A DNA stretch of 64,000 nt, from assembly GCA_045588575.1 (NCBI GenBank), contig JAZNEJ010000012.1, positions 3,168-67,167 on the forward strand, written 5' to 3'. Of the stretch, positions 46,416 to 55,284 are shown piece after piece. The notes under the pieces were generated by a model that saw nothing but the letters and a program-made list of their open reading frames with translations, ran no database searches and was not told the DNA's origin. Source of the DNA: Eubacteriales bacterium. Its GTDB lineage: Bacteria > Bacillota > Clostridia > Oscillospirales > RGIG5299. The position numbers and the translations under genes were made by a program. Within the stretch, counting starts at the first letter, position 1. Each line of letters opens with the position of its first letter.

Positions 46416-46862
46416 ATGAAAAATGTTATAACCGATATTTCCATCACCGAAAACGTTTCCTTGGTTACTCTTAAACAAATAGAAAACCGCCACGGAATTC
46501 TTGCAAGCATATTCGGAATGTTAAGTAACGTTGGAATTAACGTTGATATGATTTCTCAATCTTATCCCGCAAAGGAAACCGTTGAGCTTTCTTTCACCGT
46601 TTCCGACGAACAAATTTCACAACTTATTTCATTTTTTACCGCCCACAAAGAATTTAAGGCTTCGGTTTTTTCCGGAAACACAAAAATTTCCTTCTTTGGA
46701 AACGAAATGGAAAACTCTCCCGGTGTTGCCGCTTATATTTTTGATATTTTCGCAAAAGCAGAATGCGATATCAAGATGGTTACCACCTCTACCCGTGATA
46801 TTTCCTGTCTTATTGACCCTGAATATACTTCAAAAATAATTGAACTCTTTAATAAGGAATAA
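46416..46862 (+). CDS. Stand-alone tandem ACT protein (aspartokinase beta-subunit-like)
   Basis: GINVDMISQ, MENSPGVAA.IF, IKMVTTS..DIS; no kinase domain. Confidence 0.8.
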   Translation: MKNVITDISITENVSLVTLKQIENRHGILASIFGMLSNVGINVDMISQSYPAKETVELSFTVSDEQISQLISFFTAHKEFKASVFSGNTKISFFGNEMENSPGVAAYIFDIFAKAECDIKMVTTSTRDISCLIDPEYTSKIIELFNKE

Positions 46863-46864
46863 TT

Positions 46865-47470
46865 ATGTTGTTACGCGATAAAATAAAAGACGGCAATCTC
46901 TATTATCCCGATGAAGAACAGTTAATTAAGGAGCAGCTCTTCTATGCAGAGCTGCTTTTTGACTTTAATCATTTAAGACCTTCCAACATTAACGAAAAAA
47001 AAGAAATTCTCAAAAAGCTTTTTGCCGAAATTGGTGAAGACTGTTATATTGAGCCTCCTTTATATGCTAATTGGGGCTGTAACGTTCATTTCGGCAACAG
47101 AGTTTACGCTAATTTTTCTCTTACCCTTGTTGACGACGCCGATATTTACGTTGGTGATGACGTTATGTTTGCTCCAAACGTTACCGTTGCAACCGCTTCG
47201 CATCCCGTTTTACCTGAATTAAGAGCAAAAGGCGCACAGTTCAACCTTCCCGTTTACATTGGAAACAACGTTTGGCTTGGCACGGGCGCAATTATTCTAC
47301 CCGGCGTTCACATTGGCGATAACTCCATAATCGGTGCAGGAAGTGTTGTTACAAAAGATATTCCCGCAAACGTTATTGCAGTTGGAAATCCCTGCCGCGT
47401 TTTAAGAGAAATAAACGAAAACGATAAAAAGTTTTATTATAAAGATAAGCCCATTCCCGAAAAATTTTAA
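46865..47470 (+). CDS. Maa/LacA-type sugar O-acetyltransferase (hexapeptide repeat)
   Basis: YIEPPLYANWG, YANF.LTLVDD, TASHP, IGNNVWLG, GAGSVVTKDIP, GNPCRV. Confidence 0.88.
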   Translation: MLLRDKIKDGNLYYPDEEQLIKEQLFYAELLFDFNHLRPSNINEKKEILKKLFAEIGEDCYIEPPLYANWGCNVHFGNRVYANFSLTLVDDADIYVGDDVMFAPNVTVATASHPVLPELRAKGAQFNLPVYIGNNVWLGTGAIILPGVHIGDNSIIGAGSVVTKDIPANVIAVGNPCRVLREINENDKKFYYKDKPIPEKF

Positions 47471-47489
47471 AATCATAGAGGATTTAATT

Positions 47490-48875
47490 ATGAAATACGA
47501 TTTTAAAGCTAAAATCGCTGTTTTGGTTTGCAAAATTTTAAGAGTTATAGGTGTAAAAATAGGCAAAGGAAGCAGCTTGCCCGGCGTTTTTGCACTTAAA
47601 ATAGATAAAAATATATTATCTAAAATTGAGCTTCCCAAAAAAATAGTTGCAGTAACCGGCAGTAACGGTAAAACCTCTACCGTTGAAATGATTGTTAACG
47701 CTTTTAAGGCAAACGGTCTTAAAGTTGTTTATAACTCCGAGGGCGCAAATCAGCTTGACGGTGTTGCAACCTTTATTCTTTCGGCATCAAAAAAAGGCAA
47801 ACTTGATTATGATATTATGGTGGTTGAAGCTGACGAGCAGTCGGCAAGACATATTTTTAAATTCTTTGTCCCCACTTATTACGTAATTAACAATCTTTAC
47901 CGCGACCAATTAAGCAGAAACGGACATCCTGAAAGAATTTTCTCAATAATAAAGCAGAGTATTTCAGATTCCTCAACCCTTATTTTAAATGCCGATGACC
48001 CTCTCACCGCTTCCTTTGGTTATAATAGAGCAAATTCCGTTTATTTCGGTGTTTCACCGCAAAGCAAATCTTCGAAAAACGATTCGGCTTATGATGACGG
48101 TGCTTTTTGTCCCGTTTGCTTAGGCAATATGAATTACGATTACAGACTTTACAATCACATGGGCGGCTATAGTTGCACGAATTGTGATTTTAAACGTCCC
48201 GAAGTAAAATATTCCGTTGAAACCCCCTCTTTAAAAACCACAATTCTTTGCGGAAAAAAGATAAACTTTAAATTTTCGGGCATTCACAACGTTTATAATA
48301 TGCTTGCCGCATTTGCTGTTTGCTCCGAGCTCGGCCTTAACGAAGAGATAACCAGAAATGCCTTATCCGATTATATTTTAAAAAACGGAAGAGCGGTTAA
48401 CTTTAAAATAGGCGAAAACTACGGCACCCTCCTCGTTTCCAAGCACGAAAATTCCATTGCTTACGACTGCTCAATTAAATTAGTTAAGGATTTTAAAAAG
48501 TCTTCAACCGTTGTTATAATTGTTGATTCAATAAGCAGAAAATATTTTACAAGCGATACCTCTTGGCTTTTTGATATTGATTTCGAAAAGTTAAAGCTTC
48601 CCTTTGTAAACGAAATAATTCTTGCGGGCAAATATTGCCACGACCTTGCCGTTAGATTTTCATTCACCGACATAAACAAAGATATTATCACCGTTTCGGA
48701 ACGCATTCCCGACGCTATGGAAGGCCTTAAATACAAAGATACGGGCAGAATATTCATTTTTACCTGTTTCTCCGATAAGCATAAGGCGCTTTCCTCGGTT
48801 GAAACGTTACCGCCTGATTTTATTCTCCCAAACCCCGATAAAAACGTTATTTCGGAGGACAGTGAAAATGTGTAA
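47490..48875 (+). CDS. murT: Lipid II isoglutaminyl synthase subunit MurT
   Basis: G.SLPG, VTGSNGKTS, NLYRDQLSR.G, LNADDP, CPVC...CTNC zinc finger, DTSWLFDIDFE (DUF1727). Confidence 0.85.
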   Translation: MKYDFKAKIAVLVCKILRVIGVKIGKGSSLPGVFALKIDKNILSKIELPKKIVAVTGSNGKTSTVEMIVNAFKANGLKVVYNSEGANQLDGVATFILSASKKGKLDYDIMVVEADEQSARHIFKFFVPTYYVINNLYRDQLSRNGHPERIFSIIKQSISDSSTLILNADDPLTASFGYNRANSVYFGVSPQSKSSKNDSAYDDGAFCPVCLGNMNYDYRLYNHMGGYSCTNCDFKRPEVKYSVETPSLKTTILCGKKINFKFSGIHNVYNMLAAFAVCSELGLNEEITRNALSDYILKNGRAVNFKIGENYGTLLVSKHENSIAYDCSIKLVKDFKKSSTVVIIVDSISRKYFTSDTSWLFDIDFEKLKLPFVNEIILAGKYCHDLAVRFSFTDINKDIITVSERIPDAMEGLKYKDTGRIFIFTCFSDKHKALSSVETLPPDFILPNPDKNVISEDSENV

Positions 48876-49593
48876 AGTATTACATCTTTATAGTGATTTA
48901 TTAAATCTTTACGGCGAATACGGAAATGCCGCTATATTAAAAAACCGTCTTGAAAGCGCAGGCTTAAAAAAGGTTGAGATTATAAAGCACAAATTTGGAG
49001 AAAAAATAGATTTAAAAGGAATTGACTTTATTTACTGCGGCTCGGGCACCGAAAAAAAGCTTTTAAAAGCTGCAAAAGACCTTTTAACCTATCGCGATGA
49101 TTTTATCGAATATAATAAAAACGGCGGTATTGCTCTTTTTACGGGAAATGCTTCGGAGCTTTTGGGTAAAAGCATAAAAGATTTTGATGGCAAAACAACC
49201 GAATGCTTGACTGTTTTTGATTATGAAACCGAATTCGTTGCAAACACAAGATTTACGGGCGACGTTATTTGTGAATGTTCGCTAATCCCCCATTCAATTA
49301 TTGGATTTATAAATAAATCCAGCAATACCACTGCATCAAACACTCCGTTTTTATCGGTTAAAAATCAGTTTTGCAACTTTTATATTCCGGAAACCGACGG
49401 AAGTGTTAACAACAACTTTTTCGGAACTCATTTAATCGGTCCTATTTTAATTAAAAACCCGCCGCTTCTTGAATATTTTGTAAATGTTATTTGCGAAAAT
49501 AACGGCATTACTCCAAATCCGTCAGAAGACGATGAAGCGGAAAAAGCTTATAAGAATTCGCTTGCCGAGCTTTTAGGCGCAAGAAAATTTTAA
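48868..49593 (+). CDS. gatD: Glutamine amidotransferase GatD/CobQ-like, possibly lacking the catalytic Cys
   Basis: HLY.DLLNLYGEYGN, GTHLIGPILIKNP; ATG at 48868 after GGAGG; overlaps murT. Confidence 0.8.
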   Translation: MCKVLHLYSDLLNLYGEYGNAAILKNRLESAGLKKVEIIKHKFGEKIDLKGIDFIYCGSGTEKKLLKAAKDLLTYRDDFIEYNKNGGIALFTGNASELLGKSIKDFDGKTTECLTVFDYETEFVANTRFTGDVICECSLIPHSIIGFINKSSNTTASNTPFLSVKNQFCNFYIPETDGSVNNNFFGTHLIGPILIKNPPLLEYFVNVICENNGITPNPSEDDEAEKAYKNSLAELLGARKF

Positions 49594-49598
49594 ATAAT

Positions 49599-49650
49599 AT
49601 GTATTTACCCCTTAACAGATGAATAAATTCTGTTAAGGGGTGTTTTTTTT
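49599..49650 (+). promoter_or_regulatory. Terminator/RBS hairpin with a SigE-like -10 in its loop (spoVB)
   Basis: CCCCTTAACAGA-tGAATAAAt-TCTGTTAAGGGG plus a T-tract. Confidence 0.55.
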
Positions 49651-51202
49651 GAAAATAGATAAATCCTCACTTGTTTACGGAACTTTTTTTCTCACCGTTG
49701 TTAACGTTATATCTCAAGGTCTTGCCTTTTTTTACAGAATAGCTCTAACCAGACTTATCGGAGCAGAAAATATGGGACTATACCAGCTTCTCATGCCTGT
49801 TTATGTTGTTTTAACAAGCATTGCATATTCCGGTCTTACCGTTGCCATTTCAAGAATAGTTGCAGAAAAAAGCGCCGTTAACGATATTTGCGGCATTCGA
49901 GCTGTTTTAAACGCCGCTTTAAGAATTTTTCTGATTACCGCCGTTATTTTATCGGCAGTTGTTTTTATTTTTTCAAATCAAATATCTCTTTTTGCAGGAG
50001 ATATTCGAACAAGAAAAGGGCTTCTTCTTTTGCTTCCATGCCTTGTTTTAACGGGAATTGAAAATATAAGCAAAAATTATTTTTACGGAATAAACAATAT
50101 AAAAATCCCTGCAATAATGGAGGTTTTAGAGCAAATTGTAAGAATTTCCGCAGTTATTTTGCTTCTTATTTTCATAAATCCGCCCAAAGATGATGACAAA
50201 GTTATGCTTATTGCCTTGGGTATGGTAATTTGCGAAGTTTTCAGCTCTTTGGTTCTTACTTTTTTAAGACTTAAATATATAAAAAAATGTAACTCAAACA
50301 AACAAATATCCAAAAATAAATTTGCCGTTTACAAAAGAATTTTGGCAATATCTCTCCCAATTTGTGCAACAAATCTTTCGGGCTCGGTTATGGATTCCCT
50401 AAATTCCGCTCTCATTCCCAAAAGACTTGTTGAATCGGGACTTTCTTCCGTTGAGGCGCTTGAATCTTTCGGCACTCTTTTTGGAATGTCTTTGCCTCTC
50501 CTTACTTTGCCAACAGTTTTTATAAGCGCAATTTGTCTTATTATAGTCCCCTCTCTCGCAAGCGTTATTGCATCGAATAATTATCAAGCTGCGCGAATAA
50601 AAATTTCAAAAATATTCTTTTATTCTCTCATAATTACCCTTCCGGTTACAGCTTTTGTTTTGCCTATTGCGCCTTACATAGGCGAGCTTCTTTTCGGGCG
50701 CAAAGAAGTTGGCGAAAATCTTTTACTTCCCGCAATAAGCATGATTATAAATGCGGTGCAAGCGGTTTCAGGTTCAATTGTTTACGGGCTTGGAAAACAA
50801 AAAGCCGCCACCGTGAGTTTTATCATAGGCGATTACATTCAGGTGGCGTTTACTTATTTTCTTGTGGCAATACCTTCTTTAAGGCTTATGGGATTCGTTA
50901 TAGGTCTTATAGTGAGCGCACTGGTTACAACTATAATAAATTTTGTTATAATTGTAAAAACCGTTTCTTTGAAAATCAAACTTTTCGAATGGTTTATTCT
51001 TCCCTTTTTATCTTCAATTCCCGTGTTTTCTCTATCTTCGTTCGGATTCTCGTTTTTTCAGGAAAATCAAGCTTTTATGCCATGCGCTTTAATCGGACTT
51101 ACAATGGTAAGCGTTATTGTTTATCTAATAACGGTTAAGCTGCTCCGCTCACGCTTCCATAAGAAGCCTAAGCTCTTTAATAATCACCCGCTCACGCCTT
51201 GA
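49649..51202 (+). CDS. spoVB: SpoVB/MurJ-family (MOP) flippase
   Basis: GTFFLT..N...LAFFYR..L.RLIGAE.MG.YQL, PA...VLEQIVRI, LIPKRL..SG; TTG start at 49649 fits RBS AAGGGG. Confidence 0.78.
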   Translation: MKIDKSSLVYGTFFLTVVNVISQGLAFFYRIALTRLIGAENMGLYQLLMPVYVVLTSIAYSGLTVAISRIVAEKSAVNDICGIRAVLNAALRIFLITAVILSAVVFIFSNQISLFAGDIRTRKGLLLLLPCLVLTGIENISKNYFYGINNIKIPAIMEVLEQIVRISAVILLLIFINPPKDDDKVMLIALGMVICEVFSSLVLTFLRLKYIKKCNSNKQISKNKFAVYKRILAISLPICATNLSGSVMDSLNSALIPKRLVESGLSSVEALESFGTLFGMSLPLLTLPTVFISAICLIIVPSLASVIASNNYQAARIKISKIFFYSLIITLPVTAFVLPIAPYIGELLFGRKEVGENLLLPAISMIINAVQAVSGSIVYGLGKQKAATVSFIIGDYIQVAFTYFLVAIPSLRLMGFVIGLIVSALVTTIINFVIIVKTVSLKIKLFEWFILPFLSSIPVFSLSSFGFSFFQENQAFMPCALIGLTMVSVIVYLITVKLLRSRFHKKPKLFNNHPLTP

Positions 51203-51859
51203 TATTTGCACCTGTGTTACTCCGAGCATTTTAGCCGTTTCACACTGCGTTTTGTTTTTATAAAAACGCAACATTATAATTTTTCTGTCAAACGCTTCTA
51301 ATTTGTCTATTGCAACCTTTAAGGCTATCTTATCGTTAAAATCGTTTGTCGGGTCGGTTCCTATTGTATCCGATAAGCTTGAGCCGTCTTCATCAATTGT
51401 ATATTCAAGAGATAAAACGCTTTCATTTGCTTCTTCTGCCATAATAATATCTTCAACCGAATCTCCCGTTTCTTCGGAAATTTCGCTTATCGTAGGCTCT
51501 CTTCCAAGCCTTCCGGTTAATATAGGAGTAACGCGCGTTACTCTCATATGAATTTCTCTTAAATTTCTTGAAATTTTAACAGCAGTATTATCTCTTATGA
51601 AACGTTTTATTTCACCCGCTATCAAGCAAACGGCATAGGTAGAAAAGGCGTTTGTTTTGGTTTGGTCAAAAGCTCGCGCCGCTTTTAAAAGACCTATACA
51701 ACCCATTTGAAAGAGGTCCTCATATTCTCCCGGCAATATTCGGTAATGGCGCATTACTCCGTGAACCAAGCCTATATTCTTTTTTATAAGCTCATTTTCG
51801 GCATTTTTATCTCCGTTACGAATAAGGGTAACCAGCTTTAAATTCTCTTCGTTAGACAT
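51149..51859 (-). CDS. sigF: RNA polymerase sporulation sigma factor F
   Basis: EDLFQMGCIGL, FSTYAV..I.GEIKRFIRD, KTQCE.AKMLGVTQVQISR; follows spoIIAA/AB. Confidence 0.88.
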   Translation of the reverse strand: MSNEENLKLVTLIRNGDKNAENELIKKNIGLVHGVMRHYRILPGEYEDLFQMGCIGLLKAARAFDQTKTNAFSTYAVCLIAGEIKRFIRDNTAVKISRNLREIHMRVTRVTPILTGRLGREPTISEISEETGDSVEDIIMAEEANESVLSLEYTIDEDGSSLSDTIGTDPTNDFNDKIALKVAIDKLEAFDRKIIMLRFYKNKTQCETAKMLGVTQVQISRRERVIIKELRLLMEA

Positions 51860-52301
51860 TAAAACCGCCGCTTTTTTCAGTAAACTGTTTTTTCATTGTT
51901 ACGGTAGTGCCTTTTCCGAGCTTCGATTTAACCTTTAAAGAATCGGTAAACTCTTCCATTACGGTAAAGCCCATTCCTGCCTGCAATCCACTGTCTGATG
52001 TGGTGTAAAGAGGCTCCATAGCCTTATTTATATCCTCAATTCCCTCGCCCTTATCGATTACAGTAATAACGATTGTGCTTTTTTCGCATAGCCTCATTTT
52101 TATTGTTATGTATCCTATTTTGTTTTTATAACCGTGAAGGCAAGCGTTTGATACTGCTTCAGATATTGCGGTTTTAAGTTCGGCAAGTTCTGACATAACA
52201 GGGTCTATTTGCGTTACAAAAGCGGCAACCGCAGTTCTTGCAAAGCTTTCGTTTTTTGTATGGCTTGTAAATACTATTTTTGCTTCGTTTATCGTTTTCA
52301 T
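51852..52301 (-). CDS. spoIIAB: Anti-sigma F factor
   Basis: NESFAR..VAAF, SEAVSNA..HGY, D.GEGI, AMEPLYT, GMGFTVME.F.D. Confidence 0.93.
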   Translation of the reverse strand: MKTINEAKIVFTSHTKNESFARTAVAAFVTQIDPVMSELAELKTAISEAVSNACLHGYKNKIGYITIKMRLCEKSTIVITVIDKGEGIEDINKAMEPLYTTSDSGLQAGMGFTVMEEFTDSLKVKSKLGKGTTVTMKKQFTEKSGGFNV

Positions 52302-52615
52302 TTTGTTTCCCTTTCTGTAAATCTTTCAAGACCTGAAAATGAAAATATTTTCATTATTGTAGGAGATGCGTTCGTTATGATTATTCTTTCTTCTCCGCCA
52401 TGAATTTTCATAGTTCTGCTTCTGCCTATTACCACCGCTATGGCAGAACTATCGGCAAAGGTAACGTTTGCAAAGTCAAGTTTTAAGCTCAAAGGCTTAT
52501 ATTTCATTATTTCATTATCGACCTCTGCGCTTATATCTCCCGCTGTTGTGTGGTCTATCTCGCCGCTAAGCTCGACTACCAAAAAATTTTTATCTGCGTT
52601 ATATTCCGCTTTCAT
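52298..52615 (-). CDS. spoIIAA: Anti-anti-sigma F factor
   Basis: STAS domain: SGEIDH, F.DSS phosphosite motif, FSGL. Confidence 0.88.
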   Translation of the reverse strand: MKAEYNADKNFLVVELSGEIDHTTAGDISAEVDNEIMKYKPLSLKLDFANVTFADSSAIAVVIGRSRTMKIHGGEERIIITNASPTIMKIFSFSGLERFTERETK

Positions 52616-52646
52616 TTTTCTTCCCTTTCCTGTTTTTTAAAATAAA

Positions 52647-52690
52647 AAAGCGCCTATACATAATAGTATAGGCACTTTACGTGTCGATTC
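52647..52690 (-). promoter_or_regulatory. Hairpin/terminator and Spo0A-box-like site upstream of spoIIAA
   Basis: GCCTATAC/GTATAGGC stem with a T-tract on the minus strand; TGTCGAT (6/7 match to the 0A box) at about 52682-52688. Confidence 0.45.
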
Positions 52691-52717
52691 TCCAAGAAAA
52701 AAATCGGTTTATTAAAA

Positions 52718-54577
52718 TTATATATATTTGGCCTCTTTTGCGTTAATATTTTCAACGCAGTAAGTGGGGACCGTTGCTTTAATTATTTCTTTAACCTTTT
52801 CGTTATCTCCGCTATCGGCAGCCTCTTTAAGCAGTTCAAGCTTTTTGTCCATTTCTTCTCTTGATAATGTATCGAGCTGCTCAACGAAAATCTTTTCGTT
52901 TTCGGTTTTCTTACAATTATCGTAATCAATCAAAATTTCTTCATAAAGCTTTTCGCCCGGACGTAAACCTATTTCTTCAATTTGAATATCTTCATAAGGT
53001 TTAAAGCCGGAAAGTCTTATCATATTTTCTGCCAATTCCAAAATTTTAACAGGCTTACCCATATCCAAAACAAAAATTTCCGATTTTTCAGCTATTATCG
53101 CGGTTTCTAAAATTAATGTAACCGCTTCGGGAATTGTCATAAAATAACGTATTATTCTTTTATCGGTTACGGTTACGGGGCCGCCTTCCTCAATTTGTCT
53201 TTTAAACAAAGGTACAACCGAGCCGTTTGAACCTAAAACGTTACCGAAACGAACGGCGGAATATTCGGTTTTACTGTTTTTACGGCTTTGAATTATCATC
53301 TCGCAAAGACGTTTTGATGCGCCCATAACATTTGTGGGATTTACCGCTTTATCGGTAGATATTAAAACCATTTTTTCAACGCCGTATTTTTCGGCGGCAT
53401 CGGCAACGTTCAAGGTACCGAAAACGTTGTTCTTAATTGCCTCGTCGCAAGCATCCTCCATTAAAGGCACGTGCTTATGAGCAGCTGCGTGAAAAACTAT
53501 TTCGGGACGGAAACGCGCAAACAGTTTATCTATCTTTTCCCTATCTCTTACCGAAGAAATAATTACTTCTAAATCAAGGTTTTTTCCGTGTTTACGTAAA
53601 AGCTCGTTTTGAATATCATAAGCGTTATTTTCATAAATATCGAGTATAATAAGCTTTTTAGGTTCCGCTTTTGCTATTTGACGGCAAAGTTCAGAGCCAA
53701 TGGAGCCACCGCCTCCGGTTACCATTACGGTTTTTCCTTGTAAAACGCTTTTAGTATCTGCCGTTATTTTAACAACGTTTCTAAAAAGAAGTTCTTCAAT
53801 TGTAAGGTCTCTTATTTTATTTTTTTGTGTAATTTCAGCATCGTTAAGACCGTATTCATATTCTTTTACGTTAAATCCTTCAGAAATAAGGTCGGCTAAA
53901 AATGCTTTTTTTCTTGCTCGGGTTATTGTGGGAATTGCAATAATTACGTCTCTTACGTCGGTCTTTTTTAAAATTTTAACGGCATCAAAGCCTGTTCCCA
54001 AAACCTTTATTCCGTGAACAAAGCAGTTAACTTTAGAAATATCGTCATCAAAAAAACAAAAAGGAACAAATTCGCTTTTGGGATTTTTATTAAGCTCATG
54101 GGCAAGCAATCTTCCTGCTTCTCCTGCGCCGAATATTGCCGCGTATTTTTTTGCTTTTTTGTTTTTTGACCCTATCATCGAGCGTTTAAAAGCAAAAAAT
54201 CTATAAGCAATTCGAGAAAAGAAGCTTATTAAAATTGAAAGAAAAATAGCAAACACCAAAGCTAAAAGATTAACGTATTGCAACGGTTCAAAAATAAAAA
54301 ATACGGCAACGGAAACTATAAGGCTTAAAATTTCACCCACAAAAAACTGAAAATATTCATAGGCATCCGCATGTCTGTAAATTTGCCTGTAAGTGCCGAA
54401 GGCAAGACGAAAAACCGTTTTAATTCCCGCAAATATAAGGTCTGCAATTAAAACTTTATAAAGGTCTGCCGCTTGATTACTTGCAAGCGCAACAAAGAAG
54501 TATGCCAGAAAAAAAACTATAAGGTCAAACAAAAAAAGTATTGCTTTTTTCCAATAATTTTTTATAAAACTCGGCAA
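52718..54577 (-). CDS. CapD/PglF-like membrane nucleotide-sugar 4,6-dehydratase
   Basis: Four TMs, GAGEAG, TGGGGSIGSE, HAAAHKHVP, STDKAVNP, RFGNVLGSNGS, RPGEKLYEE. Confidence 0.92.
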   Translation of the reverse strand: MPSFIKNYWKKAILFLFDLIVFFLAYFFVALASNQAADLYKVLIADLIFAGIKTVFRLAFGTYRQIYRHADAYEYFQFFVGEILSLIVSVAVFFIFEPLQYVNLLALVFAIFLSILISFFSRIAYRFFAFKRSMIGSKNKKAKKYAAIFGAGEAGRLLAHELNKNPKSEFVPFCFFDDDISKVNCFVHGIKVLGTGFDAVKILKKTDVRDVIIAIPTITRARKKAFLADLISEGFNVKEYEYGLNDAEITQKNKIRDLTIEELLFRNVVKITADTKSVLQGKTVMVTGGGGSIGSELCRQIAKAEPKKLIILDIYENNAYDIQNELLRKHGKNLDLEVIISSVRDREKIDKLFARFRPEIVFHAAAHKHVPLMEDACDEAIKNNVFGTLNVADAAEKYGVEKMVLISTDKAVNPTNVMGASKRLCEMIIQSRKNSKTEYSAVRFGNVLGSNGSVVPLFKRQIEEGGPVTVTDKRIIRYFMTIPEAVTLILETAIIAEKSEIFVLDMGKPVKILELAENMIRLSGFKPYEDIQIEEIGLRPGEKLYEEILIDYDNCKKTENEKIFVEQLDTLSREEMDKKLELLKEAADSGDNEKVKEIIKATVPTYCVENINAKEAKYI

Positions 54578-54624
54578 CTTTAAACCTCCTCATACACGAC
54601 AAAGGTACGGTGCTGTCTTTAACT

Positions 54625-55284
54625 TTAATGCAAATCAATGTCTGTTATGTTTTTTTCTTTTATATATTTTTTTAACAAATCAAAGGTGGGAGCGCGCCTT
54701 TTAGTGTTATGAGCATCACTACCGAAAATAAAGCTTCTTCCCGATTTTAAAAGAGCTTTAACTCTTTGACGCATTCCAAAAGATTGCAAAACAGCAGTGG
54801 TTAACTGAAAAACAACGTCTTCAAATTCAAACAATTCAAAAAAATCTTTATTATAATAAGGCAGACAACGCTCTATATGCGCTATTACGGGCTTTATTTT
54901 ATATTTTGCAACAAGGGAATCTATTTCGTCGCTCATCCAAGGCAGATAACCGGTTTCAGGAAGCTCCAAAAGCATATATTTTGTATTCCCATAACAAAGC
55001 TTATCTATTCCCGGAACTTTGCTAACACCTTTAAAAACCGCAACCTCTGCACCTAAAACAAGTTTCGGCACATCTTTATCTTTTATTGCTTCCTTTATTT
55101 TTAAAAAATGTTCTTCTCTGGTTTTAAGAAAGTCATTTAAGTTTGTGTCGGGAAAGAAATGCGAGGTTAAACAAACACAGTCTGCTCCCTGCTTTTTAAG
55201 CATTTCGAGGAGCATGACGCTTTCTTCCAAGCTTCCTGCTCCGTCGTCAATTCCAAAAAGACAGTGCGAATGATAATCAGTCAT
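54625..55284 (-). CDS. CpsB/YwqE-type PHP tyrosine phosphatase
   Basis: DYHSH..GIDDGA, TSH, GAE, AHIER, GSDAH. Confidence 0.88.
   Translation of the reverse strand: MTDYHSHCLFGIDDGAGSLEESVMLLEMLKKQGADCVCLTSHFFPDTNLNDFLKTREEHFLKIKEAIKDKDVPKLVLGAEVAVFKGVSKVPGIDKLCYGNTKYMLLELPETGYLPWMSDEIDSLVAKYKIKPVIAHIERCLPYYNKDFFELFEFEDVVFQLTTAVLQSFGMRQRVKALLKSGRSFIFGSDAHNTKRRAPTFDLLKKYIKEKNITDIDLH

Noticed and set aside
48799-48867. Longer starts given by the ORF track for gatD (48799), radA (61211) and spoVB (49640)
   Set aside because: The downstream starts at 48868, 61172 and 49649 have properly spaced RBSs.
52647-52700. A firm SigH promoter, or a fifth promoter-in-hairpin case, for spoIIA
   Set aside because: A GAAT -10 is present but has no AGGA -35. 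The alternative TCGACA-16-TATTAT reading is equally plausible, so it cannot be resolved from sequence.
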